Shown here piece by piece: positions 26,896-34,505 of a stretch of DNA of 64,000 nt. The notes under the pieces are model-generated. The model was not told where the DNA came from. It saw nothing but the letters and a program-made list of their open reading frames with translations, and did not search any database. The stretch's first letter is position 1; each line of letters begins with the position of its first letter. The translations under genes and the position numbers were made by a program. The stretch covers positions 2,006-66,005 of the forward strand of contig NZ_JBJXFV010000065.1 in the NCBI RefSeq assembly GCF_046154365.1. Direction: 5' to 3'. This stretch comes from Prosthecobacter sp. (GTDB lineage Bacteria; Verrucomicrobiota; Verrucomicrobiia; Verrucomicrobiales; Verrucomicrobiaceae).

Positions 26896-27995
26896 ACGGC
26901 TACTTCGATCACAACGCCACTACGCCGCTGCATCCCGCCGCACGCGAAGCATGGCTGCGGGCGAGCGAGAAGCACTGGCACAATCCTTCGAGCTTGTATC
27001 GCGATGCAGGCATTGCCAGCCAGCAGCTTGAGTCTGCGCGGGAACGGCTCGGCACACTATTAGGGGCCGAAGCGGAGCGCATCGTGTTCACCTCGGGTGC
27101 GACGGAGTCGAACAACGCTTTGATGGCGTCCTTTGAACGTGTGGCAATCTCCGCCATCGAGCATCCGAGTGTGCGCATGGCACGCAAGGCGCTGGAGCTG
27201 CCGGTCAATGCCAACGGTGTCGTGGAACCGGAGGCAGTGAAGCAGATGATCGAAGCGAAACGACCCGCACTCGTGTCCGTAATGGCGGCGAACAACGAAA
27301 GCGGCGCGTTGCAGCCCTGGCGTGAGATTGCGGCGATCTGCCGTGAGCATGACGTGTTGTTTCACACGGATGCAGCGCAGTGGCTCGGCAAACTCGACGC
27401 CGCCAACCTCGGGGAATGCGATTTCATCACCGGCAGCGCTCACAAATTAGGCGGCACCAAAGGCTGCGGTTTTCTGGTTCTGCCTGCTGAGGATTCGCGG
27501 CTGAATTTCATGCGTGGAGGGCCACAGGAAGGCGGCAGACGTGCGGGAACGGAGAATTATCCGGCGGTGGAGGCGATGGTGACGGCTTTGGAGGCGATCA
27601 CGCCTCGGCTTGATGAGGTTGAACGCGTGCAGACACAGTTGCGTGATGATTTCATCACAGCGATACGCGCACGCTTTGAAAACTTGCGTGTGATCAGCGA
27701 GTCCGCATCCCGACTTTGGAACACGGTGCTGATGGTGATGCCTGCCCAGCAAAATTTGAAATGGCTGACGGCCCTTTCGCGGCGTGGCTTCAGCATCTCG
27801 ACGGGTTCGGCGTGCAGTTCGGGCAAAGAGGGATCATCGGTCGTGGTCTCGGCGCTCGGAGCGAGCGCGGAGGAGCTGCGACGCGTCGTACGCATCAGCG
27901 GCGGCTGGGAGACGATGGCGGAGGACTGGCTGGCGCTGGCTGCGGCCTTCGGTGATGCGTTCGAGGAGCTGAGCCGGGGCGGTAGGCCGCAATAG
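26892..27995 (+). CDS. cysteine desulfurase (class V aminotransferase, NifS/IscS-like)
   Basis: ORF of 367 aa. Supporting segments are YFDHNATTP, FTSGATESNN and the PLP-lysine context GSAHKLGGTKGCGFLV. Confidence 0.85.
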   Translation: MNGYFDHNATTPLHPAAREAWLRASEKHWHNPSSLYRDAGIASQQLESARERLGTLLGAEAERIVFTSGATESNNALMASFERVAISAIEHPSVRMARKALELPVNANGVVEPEAVKQMIEAKRPALVSVMAANNESGALQPWREIAAICREHDVLFHTDAAQWLGKLDAANLGECDFITGSAHKLGGTKGCGFLVLPAEDSRLNFMRGGPQEGGRRAGTENYPAVEAMVTALEAITPRLDEVERVQTQLRDDFITAIRARFENLRVISESASRLWNTVLMVMPAQQNLKWLTALSRRGFSISTGSACSSGKEGSSVVVSALGASAEELRRVVRISGGWETMAEDWLALAAAFGDAFEELSRGGRPQ

Positions 27996-28034
27996 GCAGT
28001 TGCTCAGCGTGGGATCTCACCTACTCTCGCCGCC

Positions 28035-29507
28035 ATGAACTGGCGGAATTTTTTGCTCGTCGTTGTCATGTCGGGCGCATCTGCTCCGGCGCGTGAATGG
28101 CGCAGCGCGGACGGTGCGCGCACGGTGGAGGCGCAGTTTGCGGGATTGCAGGAAGGAAAACTGCTGCTGAAGTCCAAGGACGGCAAGGTGGCGTCCTATC
28201 CGGTAAGTGCGTTCTCCAAAGAGGACCAGCAGTTCGCACAGCAGGCACAGGTGACGCTGGCGGCGGCGGTGAAGGCCAGGCCGTTGAATTTTGAGGTGAA
28301 CCAGATGCTGCCAGAGGGCCTCCTCTGCCGCGTGGTGAGTGAGCTGCCCACACAGAAGGGCCTGTGGATGGCTTCGGGGGCCTCGTTTCTAGTGCTGCCC
28401 GGCGGCGAACTCACGGTGGAGCGCGGCTCGAAGGTGCTGGCGCAGACGCTGTACCATGCGGGCACCCGCACCTACCAGGCGCTGGATGGCACGACCTCGC
28501 TGATCAGCGCCTACAGTCTGACGCTCGATGAGGCGGTGAACACGGCGCTGCTAATCCAGACCGCGAGCGGTGGTGATCCGGCGAAGCAGGCACCGCTGAT
28601 CGTGGAGCCGCTGATGGAAAAGGTCGTGGTGCGCGGTCTGGGCCTGCCGATTGGGAAAGGGTTTTTCATCACCGATGCCGCCTTCGCCGAAGGCAAGCAT
28701 CCCGTGGCGCTTCATTATGAGGGGAAGGACGTGCCGGCGAACGTCGTCAAACTGGACAGCAAACGCGGCCTGGCCGTGCTGCAATGCACCGCCGTCGTGG
28801 TGCCGGCGGGCGCGTTCATCGCGCGTGAGGAGGCGGTGTTCGGGCAGGGCATCTTAGTGGCATCGCTCACGCTGAACTCGACGCGCAAGGCCTTCGAGCC
28901 GGTGACGCTGACGACCGGGATCGTGGGCCGTCTCATTGACACCACGCGGTTTCAACACGATGCGCCGCTGGTGCCGGATGCGGTGGGCGGCTTTGTGCTG
29001 AGCGACCGGATGGAGGTGCTGGGGGTGTTTTTTGCACCTGAAACCCGCAGCGTGGGGAAGGGCTCGTCATCTTCCAAAGCGTCCAGCAGCCCGCCTGAAC
29101 CGCGTGGCATCACCGAATGCCATCGCAGTGAAATTTTGGAGCAATTGCTCGGCGACAGCAGCAAGGGCAAGCGGCTGCCCGGCGTGCCGGAGTTGAAACG
29201 CGGCAGCCTCGGCAGCGACAAACAGAGCGCCGCCGACCTGCTGCGCAAATCCTGTGTCCTGGTGGTTTCCACTCGTGAGATCGCGAAGACTCCGCCTGCC
29301 ACTGCCGCCACCAGCCAACCGCCGGGTGGTGGCGGCCCAGGCCCAGGCCCAGGCCCAGGCCCAGGCGCGGGCGCGGGCGCCGGACCTGGAGCTGGCAAGA
29401 GCCTGAGCGCCTCCGGTATCCGCCACAATGCCGGCTGCCGATATTACAATGCCGCCAAGCCCTGCCAGGCCGGGGAAGGGACGCCGTGCAAGATCTGCGG
29501 CGGGTGA
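28035..29507 (+). CDS. secreted SHD1-domain protein with a degenerate trypsin-like (HtrA-type) domain, a Gly-Pro/Gly-Ala low-complexity tract and a C-terminal 4-Cys motif
   Basis: ORF of 490 aa with a signal peptide. The SHD1-like region is EWRSADGARTVEAQFAGLQEGKLLLKSKDGKVASYPVSAFSKEDQQF. A protease-like core is GKGFFITD...RGLAVLQ...TGIVGR...DAPLVPDAVGGFV. The tail is HNAGCRYYNAAKPCQAGEGTPCKICGG. Confidence 0.7.
   Translation: MNWRNFLLVVVMSGASAPAREWRSADGARTVEAQFAGLQEGKLLLKSKDGKVASYPVSAFSKEDQQFAQQAQVTLAAAVKARPLNFEVNQMLPEGLLCRVVSELPTQKGLWMASGASFLVLPGGELTVERGSKVLAQTLYHAGTRTYQALDGTTSLISAYSLTLDEAVNTALLIQTASGGDPAKQAPLIVEPLMEKVVVRGLGLPIGKGFFITDAAFAEGKHPVALHYEGKDVPANVVKLDSKRGLAVLQCTAVVVPAGAFIAREEAVFGQGILVASLTLNSTRKAFEPVTLTTGIVGRLIDTTRFQHDAPLVPDAVGGFVLSDRMEVLGVFFAPETRSVGKGSSSSKASSSPPEPRGITECHRSEILEQLLGDSSKGKRLPGVPELKRGSLGSDKQSAADLLRKSCVLVVSTREIAKTPPATAATSQPPGGGGPGPGPGPGPGAGAGAGPGAGKSLSASGIRHNAGCRYYNAAKPCQAGEGTPCKICGG
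29334..29381 (+). repeat. hexanucleotide microsatellite (GGCCCA)x5 followed by (GGCGCG)x2-GGCGCC, in frame (GPGPGPGPGPGAGAGA)
   Basis: Counted base by base in the sequence. Confidence 0.95.
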
Positions 29508-29566
29508 GGTGCCTTTCGCAGCCTCCAGGGTGCGAGGGGCTCAGACTGTTTTTTGGCGCCACTACT

Positions 29567-29628
29567 GAAGTGCTCAGTGCTCAGTCGGAGTGACTTTACG
29601 CGGTGATAAACTGAGCACTGGGCACTTC
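29567..29628. terminator. 19-bp stem hairpin (1 mismatch, 24-nt loop) between convergent genes; possible bidirectional terminator
   Basis: GAAGTGCTCAGTGCTCAGT (29567-29585) pairs with ACTGAGCACTGGGCACTTC (29610-29628). It lies between the SHD1 gene stop (29507) and the MFS gene stop (29635). Confidence 0.5.
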
Positions 29629-29634
29629 ATCTGA

Positions 29635-30924
29635 TCAGGTGTGAGATTCCGCCTTGGGCCGGATCATGAGCACGATCAGCAGCGAAACCACGCAGATGAG
29701 GGCGAAGACGCCGAAGATCAGGTTCAGCGGCACATGGCGGTCGGTCATCACGCCGAAGCCCCAGTCGGCGACACCGCCGCACATCATGCTGACGAAGTTC
29801 ATGATGCCGTAGCCGGTGGCGCGCAGCTCGGGGCGCACGAGCTGGCTGAGGATCGGCATGTTGTTGCAGTCAAAGAAACCCCAGCCGATGCCAAACAAGA
29901 TCAACGACGCGATGGCGAGCGCGAACGAGTTCAATGCGGGGGCGTTGCCCACGCCGAACATCGCCGGGACGATGAGCATCATGCCGAGCGCACTGACGTA
30001 AATGCGGCCGCGTGCGCTGCGCCGCATCCAGCGGTCGGCCAGCCAGCCACCGAGAATCGCGGAGAGCAGCGCCGCGCCCTGCCAGTAGAGCGCGGCAGAC
30101 ACGCCAGCCTTGCCCTGGCTGATGTTGAAGGCTTTTTGCAAGATCGCAGGCATCCAATCGCGCACCACCCATGCGGCGAGGGCGGGGAGCGTGAAATACA
30201 GCACCAGCAGGATGAAGTTGCGGTTCGTCAGCAGCTCGGTGATTGCGGTGCCGACGGATGGCTTCGCGGAAACGGCGCCGGAGCTGTCCGGGCTGGTTTG
30301 ACGCGGCGCGTCACGTAGCAGGAGCAGCAGCGGAATGGCGTAGAGGATTCCCGCCAGCCCGGTGAAGTCGAACATGGAGCGCCAGCCGAGCGTCGGCGCA
30401 TCGGCAACGAAGCCGGCGAAGCCACCGACCATCACGCCGCAGTAAATACCCATCTGATGCACCCCCACCGCCCGCGACCGCGTGCCGCCGGTGTGGTAGT
30501 CCGCGATCAGGGCCAGCGCCGCCGGAATGTAGAATGCCTCGCTGATGCCCATCGCCGTGCGTGCCCAGTACAGCTCGTTGAAGCTGCCGACATGTCCGGT
30601 CAGCCAAGTGATGAGCGACCAGACGAACAGACTGCCGCAGATCGTGAGTTTGCGGCTGAAACGGTCGGCGATGTAGCCGCCGATGGGACTGAAGATAGCA
30701 TACACCCACTTGAAGGACGCCAGCATGTGCCCCCAGTTTTCCTCGCTGCCAATGTCCTTGATGTCGCCCATCACGGAGACCTTCATCGAGGCGATCATCT
30801 GCCGGTCCAGGTAGTTCAACAGCGCCACGGGAAAGAGCAGCGCCACGATCAGCCAGGCGCGTCGCATGAAGGTTGGCGAGTCAGAAGCTGCGGACGGCGA
30901 GGAAGACATCCCGCCATTAATCAC
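29635..30924 (-). CDS. MFS transporter (anion:cation symporter-like)
   Basis: ORF of 429 aa with about 12 hydrophobic segments. It has the MFS loop motif GGYIADRFSRK and LNYLDRQ near the N-terminus. Confidence 0.85.
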   Translation of the reverse strand: MINGGMSSSPSAASDSPTFMRRAWLIVALLFPVALLNYLDRQMIASMKVSVMGDIKDIGSEENWGHMLASFKWVYAIFSPIGGYIADRFSRKLTICGSLFVWSLITWLTGHVGSFNELYWARTAMGISEAFYIPAALALIADYHTGGTRSRAVGVHQMGIYCGVMVGGFAGFVADAPTLGWRSMFDFTGLAGILYAIPLLLLLRDAPRQTSPDSSGAVSAKPSVGTAITELLTNRNFILLVLYFTLPALAAWVVRDWMPAILQKAFNISQGKAGVSAALYWQGAALLSAILGGWLADRWMRRSARGRIYVSALGMMLIVPAMFGVGNAPALNSFALAIASLILFGIGWGFFDCNNMPILSQLVRPELRATGYGIMNFVSMMCGGVADWGFGVMTDRHVPLNLIFGVFALICVVSLLIVLMIRPKAESHT

Positions 30925-30951
30925 AGCCAGCCGTGAACGAAAAGCCTGAAT

Positions 30952-30978
30952 TCATGCCCAGGCTTGATGCGGGCATGA
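30952..30978. promoter_or_regulatory. perfect 8-bp inverted repeat TCATGCCC-N11-GGGCATGA in a divergent intergenic region
   Basis: Read directly from the sequence. It lies between the MFS start (30924) and the membrane-protein start (31054/31066). Confidence 0.2.
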
Positions 30979-31065
30979 TGGAACCGGGTTTCAGGGCATG
31001 CGGAGTTGTATCATGACCTGATCCTCGCACTTGTGGAAGTTCTTGTTCTGGGCATGGATGCCGCC

Positions 31066-31407
31066 ATGACCCTTCAAACCTACCACATTCTTCATCTCGT
31101 CGGCCTGATCCTCGTGTTCATCGGCTTTGGCAGCCTGCTTTCCGTCGAAGGCGCGAAGTCGGCCATGAAATGGCACGGCACCGGCCTGCTCATCAGCCTC
31201 ATCTCCGGTTTCGGCATGCTGGCGAAAATGGGCATCATGGGGGCGATGCCGAAATGGGTTTGGATCAAGCTCGGCCTCTGGCTCGTGCTCGGGGTGCTGC
31301 CGGTGCTGGCCAAGCGGCGCGTCATCGCCGCTCCGCTCGTGGTGCTGATGGCCGTGATCGTCGGCGCAGGCATGGCCACCCTCGGCTACCTCAAGCCGGT
31401 GTTTTAA
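31066..31407 (+). CDS. hypothetical integral membrane protein (4 TM helices)
   Basis: Lies inside ORF 31006..31407(+). I prefer the start at ATG 31066 (MTLQTYHILHLVGLILVF), with ATG 31054 as an alternative. The protein is strongly hydrophobic. Confidence 0.55.
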   Translation: MTLQTYHILHLVGLILVFIGFGSLLSVEGAKSAMKWHGTGLLISLISGFGMLAKMGIMGAMPKWVWIKLGLWLVLGVLPVLAKRRVIAAPLVVLMAVIVGAGMATLGYLKPVF

Positions 31408-31413
31408 GCTGCA

Positions 31414-31686
31414 TCAGCGATAGATCGCGTGAGTGCCGATGTCCACACTCACGACATCGGCACCATCCAAATAGAACACAGCTCGCAGATTCCCTTCGAT
31501 CCAAACGGAATGAATGGTGCGGCCAAAACGCGCGGAAAGACTGGCGATCCGGTGTGTTTTAAGCCTTGGATCAAAAGGATCCTCCTTGAAGATGAACCAC
31601 GCGCGGCGTGCCGACGACTGCTGACTTTCCGTGAGCCTGGCATAGGACCGCCAGAACTGTGGCGTGGCACGGTAACGACGGTCCAT
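31414..31686 (-). CDS. type II toxin, RelE/ParE superfamily
   Basis: ORF 31414..31689(-) begins at GTG, and ATG 31686 overlaps the antitoxin stop (TGATG). DPFDPRLKTHRIASLSARFGRTIHSVWIEGNLRAVFYLDGADVVSVDIGTHAIY fits the RelE/YafQ-like pattern. Confidence 0.75.
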   Translation of the reverse strand: MDRRYRATPQFWRSYARLTESQQSSARRAWFIFKEDPFDPRLKTHRIASLSARFGRTIHSVWIEGNLRAVFYLDGADVVSVDIGTHAIYR

Positions 31687-31874
31687 CACACCGGGGGAAA
31701 TTGGAAATGTTGGTCTTCCATGTCCAGCAATTCACCACGCCGCGCCTCCGCCATGCCTTGCAGGAACGATTCGGGAATCAGCGTCTCTTCCAGCTCATGA
31801 ACATGCATGAACACCTGCTCCTTTTCTTCCTGAGGGAGTCGGTCGATTTCAGCAATAAGCTGCGTGGCGGTCAT
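31686..31874 (-). CDS. small antitoxin (addiction-module-component-like)
   Basis: Lies inside ORF 31686..31910(-), with the start at ATG 31874 (MTATQLIAEIDRLPQEEKEQV). This N-terminal pattern resembles small 'putative addiction module component' antitoxins. Confidence 0.6.
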   Translation of the reverse strand: MTATQLIAEIDRLPQEEKEQVFMHVHELEETLIPESFLQGMAEARRGELLDMEDQHFQFPPV

Positions 31875-31940
31875 GACAGGAAGAATAATGTTACAATGTA
31901 AATTGGGCAACTGCGATGTCGGGATGTGCGGCCTGACAGC

Positions 31941-32744
31941 TCAAGCGCCCAGCGCCTTGCTCTTTTCCGACGCTGCACGCACGGCTTGGATCAGGGCATT
32001 TCGCAAACCGTGCTGCTCCAGCCTTTCGAGGCCAGCAATCGTCGTTCCGCCGGGGCTGGTGACTTCATCGCGTAATGAAGCGGGATGCTTGCCAGTCTCG
32101 AGCACCATTTCGGCGGCTCCGGCCACGGTTTGCGCGGCGAGACGCAGTGCAATAGCACGCGGCAGGCCCATGAGCACGCCGCCATCGGCCAGCGCCTCGA
32201 TCACGGTGTAAATGTAGGCCGGACCGCTGCCGGAGAGACCCGTGACGGCATCGAGCAGCTTTTCAGCGACTTCATCCGCCGTACCAACGGCACCGAGGAT
32301 CTTCGTGGCGAGTGCGGCGTCTTTCGTGGTGGCTTTGCTGCCGCGTGTGAAGGCGGCGGCACCCTGGCCCACGAGCGCGGGCGTGTTCGGCATGCTGCGG
32401 ATGACACGCTGTCTGCTACCGAGCCATGCTTCGAGATTTGTCAGCGAGATGCCGGCGGCGATGCTGAGATAAAGCCGCGAGCCTTTGACCTCGGCGAGTG
32501 TTTCACACAGCGCCCGTATGTCGCCGGGTTTCACCGCGAGGATGATCACATCCGCCGCCGCCGCCACTTCGGCGGGCGTGCCGGTGATGGATTTGCATGA
32601 GAGGCATTTCCGCAGCGAGTTCACCGCCTCTGGCACCACATCGCTGAGCGCCACCTGCAGGCCACCTTTGCCAAGCGCCTGCTCCACGCCGCGCAGCAGC
32701 GCGCCGCCCATTTTTCCACAGCCGATGAGTCCGAGTTTCAACAT
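31941..32744 (-). CDS. proC: pyrroline-5-carboxylate reductase
   Basis: This is the C-terminal 267 codons of ORF 31941..33491(-), with the start at ATG 32744 (MLKLGLIGCGKMGGAL). Supporting segments are RSMPNTPALVGQGA, SGSGPAYIY and SPGGTTIAGL. The upstream extension of the ORF is the antisense shadow of the kinase gene. Confidence 0.9.
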   Translation of the reverse strand: MLKLGLIGCGKMGGALLRGVEQALGKGGLQVALSDVVPEAVNSLRKCLSCKSITGTPAEVAAAADVIILAVKPGDIRALCETLAEVKGSRLYLSIAAGISLTNLEAWLGSRQRVIRSMPNTPALVGQGAAAFTRGSKATTKDAALATKILGAVGTADEVAEKLLDAVTGLSGSGPAYIYTVIEALADGGVLMGLPRAIALRLAAQTVAGAAEMVLETGKHPASLRDEVTSPGGTTIAGLERLEQHGLRNALIQAVRAASEKSKALGA

Positions 32745-32846
32745 GCCCGCGACTGTGCGGCGGAAGTGCCATCGTGCAAGTGCGCCAATCTTTCCTTGCG
32801 CACAGGGGAGGGTCTTTGCCATGCTGCGGTTAATTGCTCGCAAAAA

Positions 32847-34397
32847 ATGTACACCGACGACTTCCAGCCTGAAAAACTCCTCGCCATAGGACCGGCGGCG
32901 AAGGTGTATCGCGGTATCGAAACGGCGACCGGACGCAAGGTGCTGCTTAAAGTGCTGCTGAACGATTACGAGGCCCCGCACCCGCTGGATCGCGAAAAAT
33001 TGCAGCTCCTCGCGCCCTTGCTCATGCAGGTGCGTCATCCGCAGATCGCCGGACTCATCACCCTGCTGCCTACGGAGGACGAGTTCGCACTGGTCTATGA
33101 ATTCATGCCGGGAGTGAACGCCCGGGACTTCGCCGCCGAGCGCCAGCCCGGGCCTGCGGATGTGCGTGCGCTCGCGGTGCAGTTGATGCAGGCGCTGCTC
33201 GTCGGCGAGCATCTGCGCCAGCCACATGGCGACCCCAAACCGAGCAACCTCATCATCGCTGATCATCCCGGCGGCGGCTTGTTCCTCCAAGTGCAGGACT
33301 GGGGTCTGTCGCTGGCACGCACGACGCTGCCACCGGAAACACTGTGGTTCCGTGCGCCGGAACTGCACGCCGGCGGCCGGCCGACATCGCAAAGCGATCT
33401 GTTCACCGCCGCCGCGAGTTTGTTCTGCATCGCCACTAACACCGCTCCGGCTCAAGGCGAAACCGTGGAGCAAGTCATGGCCGACTGGCATGCCTTCACC
33501 ACCAATCAGGTTCTAAAGCAGGTGCGGCTGGATTTGGATCAGCCGCTGCGTGACTGGCTGGCTTGGCTGCTCAACATGATGCCGCAGCAGCGGCCGCAGT
33601 CGGTGGCACAGGCGCTCGATGTGCTGATGGCGGGGATGCACCCCGGCTTCACTTACATGCCGCAGGAGGCACCAGCCATGGCGCCCGGCACGCAGACTGC
33701 ACAACTCGCCGCCGCCTCACATCCCAACGCGCCGAAGCCAAGGCCGATCATAGCGAAAGCCGCGCCCACAACATCGCACGGGATGAAACAATCCAACACG
33801 CCTGCTGCGACAGCGGCACCTGTGGTGAAGCAGCGTTCTGTCGGTCGCATTTTGGCCATGGTGCTGTTGAACGTCGCTGCCTTGGGCATCGCCGGCTTTT
33901 TCCTGTGGCCCATGCTCCGCAGCACCGAGGAGCAGACATCATCCAGTGTGAAAAGTACTGGCAAAACAGCGCCGAGCGCCGGTCTGCGGGGGCGTTATGT
34001 GCGCGTCGAGATATGGCGCAAAGACGTCCTCAACCTCGCGGAAGTCCAGGTCTTCAGCGGTATGGTGAACCTTGCCCGCCAAGGCACCGCCACCCAGAGC
34101 AGTGTGGAATGGGGAGGCGTGCCGGAGTTTGCCATCGACGGCAACACCGACGGCGTGATGGATCACCATAGCGTCTCACACACTCACAGAGATACGACAA
34201 ACCCGTGGTGGCAGCTTGACCTGAAAAGCGAAGTGAGCCTGAACACCATCATCATCTGGAACCGCACGGACGCGAAGTATGCAGGTCATCTGGAAAACTT
34301 TACCGTCAAGGTCTTGAACGAGCAGCAGAAAGTGGTCTGGGAGACGAAAGTGGTGCAACCGCCCACGCCCAGTGTCACGCTGCCGGTGGGCGGATAA
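32847..34397 (+). CDS. receptor-like atypical Ser/Thr kinase: cytoplasmic kinase-like domain, one TM helix, extracytoplasmic F5/8-type-C (discoidin) / F-type-lectin-like domain (paralog A)
   Basis: Lies inside ORF 32766..34397(+), with the start at ATG 32847 (MYTDDFQPEKL). Kinase landmarks are a degenerate Gly loop IGPAAKVYRG, VLLKVL, HGDPKPSNLII, QDWG and RAPELH. The TM helix is ILAMVLLNVAALGIAGFFLW. The lectin-like region is YVRVEI..LNLAEVQVF..GTATQSS..AIDGNTDG..HT..NPWWQLDL..IIIWNRTD. Confidence 0.75.
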   Translation: MYTDDFQPEKLLAIGPAAKVYRGIETATGRKVLLKVLLNDYEAPHPLDREKLQLLAPLLMQVRHPQIAGLITLLPTEDEFALVYEFMPGVNARDFAAERQPGPADVRALAVQLMQALLVGEHLRQPHGDPKPSNLIIADHPGGGLFLQVQDWGLSLARTTLPPETLWFRAPELHAGGRPTSQSDLFTAAASLFCIATNTAPAQGETVEQVMADWHAFTTNQVLKQVRLDLDQPLRDWLAWLLNMMPQQRPQSVAQALDVLMAGMHPGFTYMPQEAPAMAPGTQTAQLAAASHPNAPKPRPIIAKAAPTTSHGMKQSNTPAATAAPVVKQRSVGRILAMVLLNVAALGIAGFFLWPMLRSTEEQTSSSVKSTGKTAPSAGLRGRYVRVEIWRKDVLNLAEVQVFSGMVNLARQGTATQSSVEWGGVPEFAIDGNTDGVMDHHSVSHTHRDTTNPWWQLDLKSEVSLNTIIIWNRTDAKYAGHLENFTVKVLNEQQKVVWETKVVQPPTPSVTLPVGG

Positions 34398-34505
34398 GGC
34401 AAGGCGCATGCTTTCCCATGTGGCTGGCGGCGGCTTTCGTGCCGCCAATCTTCGCTTGCACAACGCGCATGGTTCTTGCGATGCTGCTGCAAATCGCCGC
34501 CCAAA

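Noticed and set aside
32745-33491. N-terminal 249-codon extension of the proC ORF
   Set aside because: The extension is the antisense shadow of kinase paralog A. The ProC homology starts at MLKLGLIGCGKMGG (ATG 32744).
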